This document shows, one piece after another, positions 1 to 11,630 of a DNA stretch of 64,000 nucleotides. Source of the DNA: Octopus vulgaris (taxonomy: Eukaryota); assembly GCA_951406725.2 (NCBI GenBank), contig OX597831.1, forward strand, positions 47,740,001-47,804,000, read 5' to 3'. The position numbers were made by a program, and so were the translations under genes. Numbering within the stretch: the stretch's first letter is position 1; the number at the start of each line of letters is the position of its first letter. The notes beneath the pieces are model-generated. The model worked only from the letters and a program-made list of their open reading frames with translations. It made no database searches and was not told the origin of the DNA.

Positions 1-256
1 AAAAAGTCGAGAGTACGTGTTAGACTGTGTTGATAGTCGTTGATAGTCGTGTCTGTGCTGAAATTGTAATTATACTGTGATACTGAGTAGACGTTATAAC
101 GATCAACTTGTTAAGAATAATAACACTACGATTGTGGGGTCGTACAGTGACAGATAGAACCATTCTATCGACGACTTCGGAATATAACAATGTCTGTCAG
201 ACGACCACCGTCGTCAAAAGACAGATACAACAGTGGCAAAAGACCACTTTACAACA
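1..256 (+). repeat. 5' LTR (partial)
   Basis: Aligns to ~3715-3961; ends TACAACA immediately before the PBS. Confidence 0.92.
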
Positions 257-257
257 G

Positions 258-269
258 TGGAGACGAGGA
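258..269 (+). promoter_or_regulatory. Primer binding site, tRNA-Ser(GCU)-like
   Basis: TGGAGACGAGGA one base after the LTR; one mismatch to TGGCGACGAGGA, the complement of the tRNA-Ser(GCU) 3' end. Confidence 0.75.
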
Positions 270-1222
270 AAAACAAATTTACGCAGAATGAAAAGGAAGT
301 TTAAACTAATTCACGTGGAAAATTAAATACCTCGACAAAAACGACACAAAAATCTTGTGCAAACTTACGAACATCGTAAAATATTGGAAGACTTGTTAGC
401 TGGGATAGTAGAGTTGCAAAAGCAGCAACAACATCTCAAAGAACAATGAGACCAACAACAAGGATTGCATCAGCAAATGTGACAACTAATGAAATTGATA
501 ACCAAACCGGAGAATACATTTTCACCTGACCATGTAGCAATTTCCATAAGCGAATTCAAATATGACCCCAAAGAAACAGTAACTTTCGAGGTTTACTTTC
601 GAAGACTTCAACAAATCTTGAAAAAGGATGCCAGGATTGGATGTACGATATGAAACGCGTTTATTTTAAAGAAGACTAAAGACAGCAGAGCATGAGAATT
701 ATAGTAACTTCATATTGCCAGAAAACGCGTCCGACATAAATTTCATTGACAAAGTTGACATTTTGTGCAAAATGTTTAGTGAAAAGAGCTCACTGTCTAA
801 TACTAGATGGAAATGTTTAAACATATAAAAAAGCAAAAATGAAGACTTCACTACTTACACCAGCAGAGTCGACAAAGAAGGTGAGAAATTTAGGCTAGAT
901 ATGGTTACTCCAGATTTCTTCAAATATTTGATTTTTGCACAAGGATTGACAGATAGAAAGGATGCAAAAATCCGAACGAAAATTCTAGCAAAACTGGAAA
1001 TGAACCAGGATTTGATATTACAGAAACTGTCGGAAGAGTGTGACAAGATATTAAAATTAAGGCCTGACACGGAAGAAATTCAACGGAAAGAGTGTTTCCA
1101 CACAAGACCAGTGGAAAAAGTCGGAAGACAAATAAATTGTTGCAAGAAAAACAGAAAAAATATCGGGATGTAGACCTATGTACAGCATGTGGTGGGATGC
1201 ACCTGAAAAAAGACTGTTTTTT

Positions 1223-1438
1223 ATTTTTTTTTTACTTGTTTCAGTCATTTTGACTGCGGCCATGCTGGAGCACCGCCTTTAATCGAGCAACTCGACCCCG
1301 GGACTTATTCTTTGTAAGCCCAGTACTTATTCTATCGGCCTCTTTTGCCGAACCGCTAAGTGACGGGGACATAAACACACCAGCATCGGTTGTCAAGCAA
1401 TGCTTAGGGGGAGAAACACAGACACACAAACATACACG

Positions 1439-1490
<52 letters not shown>

Positions 1491-1629
1491 TACGACGGGC
1501 TTCTTTCAGTTTCCACCTACAAAATCCACTCAAAAGGCTTTGGTCGGCCCGAGGCTATAGTAGAAGACTGAACCCGGAACCATGTGGTTGGTAAGCAAGC
1601 TACTTACCACACAGCCACTCCTGCGCCTA
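1223..1629 (-). mobile_element. SINE family A copy, 3' part of a U6-SINE chimera
   Basis: Matches copies at 14311, 42912 and 61321 (head TAGGCGCAGGAGTGGCTGTGTGG, internal microsatellite, tail GACTGAAACAAGTAAAA); ~30 bp internal deletion near 1568. Confidence 0.9.
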
Positions 1630-1630
1630 G

Positions 1631-1680
1631 AAAAATATGGAACGCTTCACGAATTTGCGTGTTATCTTTGCGCAGGGGCC

Positions 1681-1713
<33 letters not shown>

Positions 1714-1727
1714 AATACATACCGCCG
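1631..1727 (-). pseudogene. U6: U6 snRNA retro-pseudogene (lacks ~10 nt of the 5' end)
   Basis: Reverse complement CGGCGGTATGTATTCTAAAATTGGAACGATACAGAGAAGATTAGCATGGCCCCTGCGCAAAGATAACACGCAAATTCGTGAAGCGTTCCATATTTTT; ACAGAGA box, AGC triad and T-tail; upstream is gag, no promoter. Confidence 0.96.
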
Positions 1728-1801
1728 TAAAAAGCAAAGTGTTTTCGCTGCGGGTTTACAGGACATATAAAATCGCACTGCTAAACTAGAATGATAGGAA
1801 A

Positions 1802-2143
1802 ATGGAACAAACAGGAAAAAATAAATTGTTTGTTAGTAAAACAGTTGTAACTACAGCAAACAGAAAATTCGTGAATGTGAGAATTGAAAATACTAGTATC
1901 AGAATGCAATTAGACACGGGAAGTGATATCACAATCATAAATGAGAAAACATGGGAACAAATGGGTAAACCAAAATTATGCAGTTCAAACAAAATAGCGT
2001 ACGGTGTTACGGGAAGGAAATTACATTTCACGAGCGAACGCGTTTGTAAAATAATTTTCAAAAGTCGAACCGAAAAAAGTGAATGTTTATGTGTTGAAAA
2101 AATCCATGAATTTCTTTGGCACCGAATGTATGGAGAAATTTAA
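1802..2143 (+). pseudogene. Retrotransposon aspartic protease remnant
   Basis: MQLDTGSDITII active-site motif; AYGVTG flap-like segment. Confidence 0.9.
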
Positions 2144-2399
2144 TTTATGGGATACACCCATAAGCGCTTTGTGCAACAGCGTAAACGGAGCAGTCAAACG
2201 ATCGAACGAGGTCGATGAACAGAAACAAAAAAGAAAGCATGATATGGAACATCGTTCGAGAACAACCTGTAATTTTGGAAGAAATAAAAAGAAATGCGAG
2301 AATTGATAAATTTATTAATGAGACAAAAAGAGAACTGTGGTCAGCAAAAGGAAATAAATAAAGGTCTGATGCAAATAACCGCGCGGCGATGTGAACGTG

Positions 2400-3160
2400 T
2401 ACTTTATATGTGATGGTGTACTAATGTACGCTCAGAGGGTGGTTATACCACGGACATTACAGAAGAGAATGCTGAAAGAGTTGCATGTGGGACACCCAAG
2501 CATCTCTGGAATGAAAGCGCTGATGCGAAGTTTTCTACACTGGCTAAACATGTTCGTTCGTTCGTCCTTCGGTTCGAAGATGACAAAGAAGTTGAAGACC
2601 TGGCAAAAGGCTGCAGGGGATGTGCGCTGGCAGCGAAATTACCTACTACAAAATGTGGATCTTGTCCGGAAGTGAAAATACCATGGTCCCGATTGCATAT
2701 CGATTTTGCAGGCCCGATAAATGGATATTATTACTTAATAGTAGTGAACAGCTACATCAGCTACACAAAATGGCCTGATGTCGCGAGGTGTAAACGACTA
2801 ACCTCATATACGGTAATACACTTCTTACACGAGCTGTTCGCAAGATTTGGTGTACCGGATATAATTGTCTCTGATAAAGGAACAGTTTGTATCCTGTGTG
2901 TTTAAAAGATTTTGCGAGATGGTCACGTTAGACCATAAAACTATAGCACCGTATCACTCTAGATAGAATGGATGGGCCGAACGATTCGTGCACACTTTTA
3001 AGAGAGCTTTAAAGAAAGCTAATAAAGAAGCCCGGACGAGGTCGCGATCCAACAATTCTTAAGGGTATACAGGGTAACTCCGAACCTAAATGCGCCAGAA
3101 GGAAGTTTACCAGGAGTATTAATGTTTACCAGAAAGGTGAAGTTACTATTCGATAAACTG
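2400..3160 (+). pseudogene. Integrase remnant (HHCC + DDE core), frameshifted
   Basis: ELHVGHP..GMKALMRS, GCRGC, PWSRLHIDFAGP, FARFGVPDIIVSDKG, AERFVHTFKRALKK across shifting frames. Confidence 0.92.
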
Positions 3161-3608
3161 TGAAGACAAAGTACGTGCTGTTAAAGACATGACAACATTC
3201 TTTAGAATCGGTGATAAGGTATATGTAAGAATGTACAAAAATGGCAAGCAATACTGAGAAGAAATTGTAACATACATAGGAAGAATGGTGTATGGTGCAA
3301 GAAGCAGAAATGGAATGGAAAGGAGACAGAAAAATCAGCTTAAAGAAAGAGTCATAGAAAAAGAGCCAACAGGAGTAGAAATACCAATGGATTGACTATA
3401 TGACACTTTTCAGGTTTCAACACCATTACAAGAAGTCGAAACCACACGTACAAAAAAAAGGAAGAGCACTGAATTCCTAAACATAGACCCTAAGAAGAAA
3501 AGATATTGTATGTGTGTGTGTGTGTGTTGTTGTGTGTGTGTATGTGTGTGTGTGTATTTATATAGGCGGTAGGGTGAATAAAAGAAATTGAGTGTTAATA
3601 AAAAAATT

Positions 3609-3619
3609 AAAAGGGGAGA
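3609..3619 (+). promoter_or_regulatory. Polypurine tract
   Basis: AAAAGGGGAGA directly before the 3' LTR. Confidence 0.85.
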
Positions 3620-3961
3620 TGTTGTATAGTAAAACTGTACACCTCTCCCGGTAAAAATTGGTAGTAGCTAGCCATTATAAATAGGCCATTTAGCTTGTCG
3701 ACAGAGAAGGTCAAGAAGGTTGAGAGTACGTAGAGTATGTGTTAGACTGTGTTGACAGTCGTGTCTGTGCTGAGATAGTAATTATACTATGATACTGAGT
3801 AGACGTTATAATGATCCAACCAACCTTTTGTACAACTGGGGGGTCATACAGTGTCAGATAGAACCATTCTATTGACGACTTCGGAATATAACAATGTCTG
3901 TCAGAGCGACCACCGTCGTCAAAAGACAGATACAACAGTGGCAAAAGACCGCTTTACAACA
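3620..3961 (+). repeat. 3' LTR (342 bp)
   Basis: TGTTGTA...TACAACA 7-bp inverted termini; homologous to 1-256. Confidence 0.94.
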
Positions 3962-4221
3962 AGATGTTATATCACAAACTGCGTAATCTTTGTATCACTA
4001 GAAAACTAGGAGGGCGGCGGCTGCATGACTTTCTAAAAGGTACAACTCAGACAGTTGCAACCAATAGCGCTCTGTCTGTGGGGACATCAGTTCGCAACGC
4101 GGTCCCTTAGGGAACCACTACTATTTATGGGGGCTCTCTCAGACGTGCGCTCAACCATACAGTGAGCCATTCTCACCAGTTATGCTGATGATACAGGCGG
4201 TTAAGGACCCTGATACCATAC

Positions 4222-4700
4222 TGTTATGGCGAGAGTTGTACAGCTTGGGGTGCAAGAATAGTATTACCCAAATAAATATTTGAATACGGGTGGTTGTATA
4301 CTGTGAACTTAACGTGACAGTCCCGTAAGGGAATTACACCACCGCTATTTAGCCATAGGAAGCATCGACGCTTCCTGTCGGCCTTGACACATTTCCTGTG
4401 TCCTTATATATTTACGAAGGGGAGACAAACACCCCCATGAGATATTTAGAAATTTAATATTTCTGATATTTGAATACGGTTATCTAGAATAACCTTTCGC
4501 AGAATTAATATGTTCACACAGAATGCACTCCGTACTACTCCAAACGTAGTTACGTTGTTAAACTGAGAGTAGCCAATACGGACAATCATCGCTGTCAACC
4601 ACTCTGTCAACTACCGACAGTTCACACAGTTTCTTTATTTTATTGAAATGCGTTAGTCCACTTTCAGTCACCTGACGTTGGCCGGGATCCTTCTACAACT
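4222..4700. mobile_element. 479-bp insertion in the LINE RT, probable solo LTR
   Basis: TGTTAT...TACAACT termini, flanks CATAC/CATAG; removing it restores DPDTIVKLKMDLHAVY. Confidence 0.5.
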
Positions 4701-4998
4701 CATAGTAAAACTGAAAATGGACCTACATGCAGTTTATAAATGGGCTGATGTAAATAAATTGCAGTTTAATGCTGAGAAGTTTCAATCACTCTACAATCGG
4801 CCCACAGACTACAATTGGAATACATAGGACCAAGGGATAGTGCAATCCCAAAGTCAGAGACGGTACGCGACTGTAGAGCGTCAAACAGCTGCCGGAACTT
4901 GCAGAAAACCAGCACCATTACACAAAGAAAATTGACTCGGTGAAACAGATGAGCTAAAAGAGGCGCTGAAGTAATTCAAGCTCTACTCTCTAGAAAGA

Positions 4999-6096
4999 TA
5001 AAATCTTTATTATTATAATCATACGATTTTACATAGATTTGGACATAACAAGACAAACAATTACAAAGAATGTTATGAGAGTTCGAATGAAACTTAAAAA
5101 TTTAGTTATAATCTCTCTATATATAAACGGCAGTTTGTCTGTGTGTGTGTCTGTGTGCCTGTCAGGTTGTACCCTCACCCTGACCACGGCTTTCAACCGA
5201 TTCTGATGAAACTTGACACACACACATAGCCCAATGTCATAATTCAAAACTAACGTAGCGAAAATTTTGAAAAGTTCCCCCAGTTCTGAAAAAAATCGAT
5301 AAATTCGACATGGGGTCGAGAATCAGAAACACAAACCACAGACTGTCTAGGGGACGCAACTCGACCCTTTTAACTCTCCTAAAAAAATTTACCATCATTT
5401 TTTTCCCATTTTTTTGCTATTTTTTGGCTATAACTCTCTAAAAATGCTTTATAGTTATTTCCCTTACAAACCCGAGCAACGCCGGGCGATACTGCTAGTA
5501 TGACATAAACGAAAACTTGGCTTACTTTTTGGGCTTACTTTTGCCTTTATAACGAGAAATTTAGTGCGTTTTTTTTTTTAAATAACATTAGAAAACATAA
5601 CATATGTTAAAATGAAAAGGGGGAGAAGTGCAGGTTCCGAATTTTGAACCCGACAGCCTCTAAGGCCCAGCAACTAAGTTTTCCTTTCTTTGATGATTAA
5701 GCTGGGTTACTAACACCCACCTTTCTCATCACATCCTTCCAACGTTTCACATACTCTTTCTGTGGCAGGCTCCTCTTCTCCAACCCCATCTTGCTCTTCA
5801 GATGATATCTGAAGTAGTTTAACAAACCGGGGCCAGAGACAAAGGACCCTGTCACTAAACCTTCCATTCTGGTTCTCCACACACTCTTTCAGTACTGTCA
5901 CCGTACAGTAAAAACAAGCTTTACCTTCCTTTGAGAGTCCAGTTAACGGTATCATCTTTATCATAGATCCAGCGACAGCTTTACTCGACCCAGATGCGAC
6001 AACACGTGTTCAACGTAACTTATCAAGCTTGACAGCTCCCGACAATGTACAAACGCGTGTTGAACGGTTTCATCGTCCAACCCACATCTTGGACAC
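4999..6096 (-). mobile_element. 5'-truncated L1/Tx1-clade LINE with 14-bp TSD
   Basis: TSD ACTCTCTAGAAAGA at 4985-4998 and 6097-6110; minus-strand CPRCGLDDETVQHAFVHC zinc knuckle; ORFs 5710-5964 and 5697-5882; AATAAA near 3' end. Confidence 0.88.
5112..5498 (+). mobile_element. Non-autonomous Helitron
   Basis: 5' TC, 3' hairpin CCCGAGCAACGCCGGG then CTAG; inserted at A|T without TSD; related copies at 17266 and 22666. Confidence 0.88.
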
Positions 6097-6528
6097 ACTC
6101 TCTAGAAAGAAAGCGTGAAAGATATGCAGTGATATACATATGGAAGATCCTGGAATGTCTGGCTCCCAGCTGAGAAACTGAAAGCTGTATCAACCACTGG
6201 ACGTCAATGCATAATACCAAATATCATGTCCTCTCCATCTCTATAAGGACCCAGTACTCTAACAGTTTGGGTTCCAAGGATATACATTTGTTCAACATTC
6301 TGCCAAATAGCCTCAGAGATTTGCCACGTGTAGTCTTTAAAGAGCCTGGACAAATTTTTATCTGAAATACCAGGATCAACCTACATCGCTGCAGGAGACA
6401 CAAGGAACAGCTTCGTTCAACTCGTTACTTCACCAAAAACAGTACAGAAATGAAACCCAAGCATACTGAATGGCGATGCTCCAGCATGGCCCCAGCATGG
6501 CCCCAGCCTCTACTGAAAAATATTAAAG

Positions 6529-6550
6529 ATATGTATGTGTGTATGTATGT

Positions 6551-6628
<78 letters not shown>

Positions 6629-6901
6629 GTCTATCTATCTATTTATCTATCTATCCATCTATCTATATGTTTGTATATATAGATATATATATATATATAT
6701 ATATGCATACACACATAAATACGCATATATACGCATATATGTATGTATATATATGTATATCTATGCATATACATATATATGTGTGTGCATGTGTGAATGT
6801 ATGCCTATATGTATATATGAATGTAAATATAAATGTATACGTATATGCGTATATCTATATATACGCATATATGTGTATACGTATGTATGTATATACATAT
6901 T

Positions 6902-6934
<33 letters not shown>

Positions 6935-6967
6935 GTGTGTGTGCATGCGTGCGTACGTATGTGTGTA
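6529..6967. repeat. Compound microsatellite (TATC/TA/TG)
   Basis: Visible directly. Confidence 0.95.
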
Positions 6968-7351
6968 TTTTTATCAGTTGTTTGATGGTGAGTTGTCTTT
7001 CAAAGTTGTGTTCGATTTTAGTGTCATACTGTATGCTGCTCGAGGTTATTTCTGGTTTTTATGAGATTGACTATTTTTGGTGTGTAACTGAAAATGTATT
7101 GTAATGTTGCCGTGCGGGATGTGTCATTCGGAAGTGTCGAATTTATTTCGCTGAATTTTATGCATTACAGTATTTCTTAATTGCTGATTTTCCTACTGTT
7201 GGATTCTGAAAACATTGACACTGTTTCCTCATTGGACTCTTTTGAAATTTGTCCAACTGAATTTGCCTCCTTCATTCATGTACGAATGTGTCGTGATGAT
7301 AATTGGTGGTAGAGTTGGAGAAATTATTTGCCAAGTAGAAATAGCAGCAAA

Positions 7352-8340
7352 TGTGGAGACGCGTTGGCTTAGTGGTTAGGGTCTCAGCATCATGATCGTA
7401 AGAGTGTGGGTTCGATTCCTGGACCGGGAGACGCGTTGTGTTCTTGAGCAAAACACTTCATTTCCCGTTGCTCCAGTCCACTCAGCTGGCAAAAATGAGT
7501 AACGCTGCGATGGACTGGCGTCCTGTCTAGCTGGGGAACACATACGCCATTGAAACCGGGAAACCGGGTCCATGAGCCTGGCTAGGTTTTAAAATGTGGA
7601 GGCGCGTGTGGCTTAGTGGTTAGGGTGTCAGCATCATGATTGTAAGATTGTGGATTCGATTCCTGGACCGGGAGACGCGTTGTGTTCTTGAGCAAAACAC
7701 TTCATTTCACGTTGCTCCAGTCCACTCATCTGGCAAAAATGAGTAACGCTTCGATGGACTGGCGTCCCATCCAGCTGGGGAACACATACGCTATTGAAAC
7801 CGGGAAACCGGGTCCATGAGCCTGGCTAGGTTTTAAAATGTGGAGGCGCGTGGCTTAGTGGTTAGGGTGTTAACATCATGATCGTAAGAGTGTGGGTTTG
7901 ATTCCTGGACCGGGCGACGCGTTGTGTTCTTGAGCAAAACACTTCATTTCACGTTGCTCCAGTCCACTCAGCTGGCAAAAATGAGTAACGCTGCGATGGA
8001 CTGGCGTCCCGTCCAGCTGGGGAAGACATACACCATTGAAACCGGGAAATCGGGTCCATGACCCTGGCTAGGTTTTAAAATGTGGAGGCGCGTGGCTTAG
8101 TGGTTAGGGTCTCAGCATCATGATCGTAAGAGTGTGGGTTTGATTCCTGGACCGGGAGACGCGTTGTGTTCTTGAGCAAGACACTTCATTTCACGTTGCT
8201 CCAGTCCACTCAGCTGGCAAAAATGAGTAACGCTTCGATGGACTGGCGTCCCATCCAGCTGGGGAACACATACGCGATTGAAACCGGGAAACCGGGCCCA
8301 TGAGCCTGGCTTGGCTAGGCTTTAAAAGGGCGCATTTATT
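7352..8340 (+). mobile_element. Head-to-tail array of four SINE family B copies (~243-bp unit)
   Basis: Units start at 7352, 7595, 7839 and 8081; tRNA-like A box TGGCTTAGTGG and B box GTTCGATTCC; solitary copy at 19408. Confidence 0.93.
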
Positions 8341-8949
8341 ATTTTTTTTTTTAATAGCATCAAATAGTGCGAAGCTGAATATAATATCTAGGGAAGGTAC
8401 ATGCACGTGTATTAGTGTAAATTGTTTAGGATGTAAAGAGAGCTTAGCTGTGATATTATTAGGTTACTGCTTTTGTTATCTGATGTGCCATTTGAAAACC
8501 AGGTGTTGAATATTTCGGAAGATCTTGAATGTTGTCGTTACAAGTTCATTGAAATTTTCTCCACTTAACGAGATTTACGCGAGAGTTGTTACGCATTGAA
8601 TGCACGTGTGTTACCTATACATGTTTTTATGTACGTAATTAGATCACCTCCGTTGTAAAAGGGTCTATCTCGTCTGATTTACGTATAAACTGCAATGTTG
8701 GAAATGTTTTGTTCAAGCAAGTAATAAGAATAAGAATTATTGGTTCGTAAACGCGTGTGTGTGTGTAACTTTAAAAAACATTGAAGAGTGTTCTGTTACA
8801 TCTGGGGAGTGTCATTATGTCAATAATAAAACACACGAGTTCACATCAAGAATTTTGCAAGCCAAATGCGAAAATGAACTTTGAGATGAATGCTGTTAGT
8901 GTTCCAGTTTGAAGTTGTGTCGGAATTTGGACGTGTGAATGTGTGTACA

Positions 8950-8975
8950 TCTCTCTTTCTTTCTCTCTCTCTCGT

Positions 8976-9048
<73 letters not shown>

Positions 9049-9060
9049 TGTGTGTGTGTG
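8950..9060. repeat. (CT)n/(GT)n microsatellite
   Basis: Visible directly. Confidence 0.95.
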
Positions 9061-9414
9061 CTTGTGCATCATGCACTTGTCGTTTTGATGATATTGGATC
9101 GTTTTACTAACCCGGAGTGGTTTTATATGGAAGTTTTGTATCCGCCTACACACTTGCATGTGTACAAACACGTGTAAGTTTCTATACGTGTGTGTTGTGG
9201 GTGTATTGGTTCCTTTCATACGTAAATGCTTGTAGTTTATAACTTCAAAATTTAATAACCCTAACACACATTGGAAATAATTTTACGTGAATACTTGTAA
9301 TAAACTTCGTTATGCAAACAGACCCTGGTTAAAAGACAGGGAACTCTCTCTCTCTCTCTCTCTACCCCCTCACTCTCTCTTACTCTCTTTCTCTGTTACA
9401 CAAACTGAAGAACA

Positions 9415-9456
9415 ATTCGACTAGTTTCGCCTGGTATTTACCGACTCATCAGAAAT
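9415..9456 (-). ncRNA. Minimal type I hammerhead ribozyme motif
   Basis: Minus: attt CTGATGA gtc ggt aaat acc a ggc GAAA ctag TC gaat; intact core, GUC triplet, palindromic stem III. Confidence 0.72.
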
Positions 9457-9629
9457 ATTTACCTTTATCTATTCTGCAAAGATTGACAATAACTTAAAGT
9501 AATAAATTACACAAAATACGAGTAACAGGTATGATTATATTCATTTGTATATCATTTATAGCTGCTGTCGGTACGTATTAATTATATGCAAATAAGAAAT
9601 ACCTGTTATTCATCGCATTTTTCATAAGT

Positions 9630-10625
9630 TTTGAGAGATATTTGACTGCTATTTCTAACAAGACGAGTGACCATGTAGATGCTTACTCGTTGGTTGTTGC
9701 TTTTGATGATGATGATGAGGAGGAGGATGAGGATAATAATTGTGCTGATGTGAAAGACGAGGTGACATGTGAATTAGCAGACCTTTGAGCAAAGGCATTC
9801 CAACCGTAACCATCTCGTCTTCAATTCAGGCACTGTACCAAGGACTTTTATCTAAATGCCCATTTTTAGTAAGCTAGTAGGGGTCCCATTCAAAGAAGGT
9901 TTTGACTACTATTTCTAACAGGTCAAGCGACAGCGTAGGGTTTCACTTTGTTGATTGCCGATGATAGTCGTAGTGGTGACGGTGGTGGTGGAGAACGGAT
10001 TGTAGGTTATTCCCTGAATAAGCAGGTCACTGAGTAAAGACATTTCAGTCGTGGCCACCTCGCCTTTTATTCAGGCAATTTATTTAGGACCAGGTTATCA
10101 ACTCTTTCACTTGTTTCAGTCATTTGACTGCGGCCATGCTGGAGCAAATCGACCCCGGGACTTATTGTTTGTAAGCCCAGTACTTATTCTATCGGTCTCT
10201 TTTTGCCGAACCGCTAAGTGACGGGGACATAAACACACCAGCATCGGTTGTCAAGCGATGTTGGGGGGGGGGGGGGACAAACACAGACACACAAACACAC
10301 ACACATACATACATATATATGTATACATATATACGACAGGCTTCTTTCAGTTTCCGTCTACCAAATCCACTCACAAGGCTTTGGTCGGCCCGGGGCCATA
10401 GCAGAAGACATTTGCCCAAGATGCCACGCAGTGGGACTGAACCCGGAACCATGTGGTTGGTTAGCAAGCTCTTTACCACACAGCCACTCCTGCGCCTATA
10501 TCCTTTTTAGGATATATCAACTGTATCCTTTTTAGTAAGACAGCCAAAGTATGAGTTTAAAAGGAAGATTTTGCTGCTATTTCTAACAGATCAGGTGACC
10601 ACCTAGACACGTCGTCGTTTGTTGG
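9630..10625 (+). repeat. Three degenerate copies of an old repeat (TTTG..TGCTATTTCTAACA motif), interrupted by a SINE A
   Basis: Motif at ~9640, ~9900 and ~10568; dispersed relatives at ~36612, ~46267 and ~51580. Confidence 0.55.
10102..10498 (-). mobile_element. SINE family A
   Basis: Near full-length match to other A copies. Confidence 0.9.
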
Positions 10626-10749
10626 TAATGATAAGGCTGGAGTTGGTGTGTTTCTTCTTAGTGTTGTTCTTGGTAACGTGTGATGGTTCTACACACCAGT
10701 GTTGTTAATCACATGTCTGCAACAACGTGTGGGTGCATACCAATATAAC

Positions 10750-11387
<638 letters not shown>

Positions 11388-11388
11388 C

Positions 11389-11433
11389 CTGAAAGAGACG
11401 GGCTCACGTTAGGGGCCTGCGAAACTTGAAGTC
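11389..11433 (+). ncRNA. Degenerate hammerhead motif abutting (TA)n
   Basis: ctgaaaga..cgggctc/gggcctg..GAAA ctt g aag TC; extra base in core, no stem I. Confidence 0.4.
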
Positions 11434-11528
11434 ACACGGAACCGAATCAAATTTTTTTTTTTCAATAAGGCGTGCAACTCCTACTAAATGTTTTGAGTGT
11501 CCCCTTTCTTACGTTTATTCACTCACTC

Positions 11529-11610
<82 letters not shown>

Positions 11611-11630
11611 CTCTCTCTATATATATATAT
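11529..11630. repeat. (TATC)n microsatellite
   Basis: Visible directly. Confidence 0.95.

Larger units (their letters stand above)
370..1781 (+). pseudogene. gag remnant with two zinc knuckles split by an insertion
   Basis: ORF 901-1173 (FKYLIFAQGL..IRTKIL); CTACGGMHLKKDC at 1179-1217 and CFRCGFTGHIKSHC at 1740-1781; start approximate. Confidence 0.82.
1..3961 (+). mobile_element. Degenerate Ty3/Gypsy LTR retrotransposon, internally deleted (no RT/RNase H); 5' LTR cut by window edge
   Basis: Direct repeats 1-256 and 3620-3961; PBS at 258; PPT at 3609-3619; gag zinc knuckles, protease LDTGS and integrase motifs between, with stops/frameshifts. Confidence 0.93.
3962..6529 (+). mobile_element. 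CR1-group LINE, 3' half of ORF2 plus tail, split by two insertions
   Basis: LYHKLRNL..LHDFL..VP*GT..SYADDT (3962-4195); DLHAVYKWADVNKLQFNAEK (~4720); KLYSLER|KRERYAVIYIWKIL across the TSD; LFNILPNSLRDL (~6290); tail at 6472-6529. Confidence 0.85.

Noticed and set aside
108-326. 72-aa ORF
   Set aside because: Overlaps LTR and PBS; no recognisable domain
1631-1727. Functional U6 gene
   Set aside because: 5' stem truncated, substitutions near the internal stem-loop, upstream DNA is gag rather than a PSE/TATA promoter
7352-8340. tRNA gene cluster or CRISPR-like array
   Set aside because: tRNA-like heads continue into SINE body/tail; no unique spacers; a solitary copy exists at 19408
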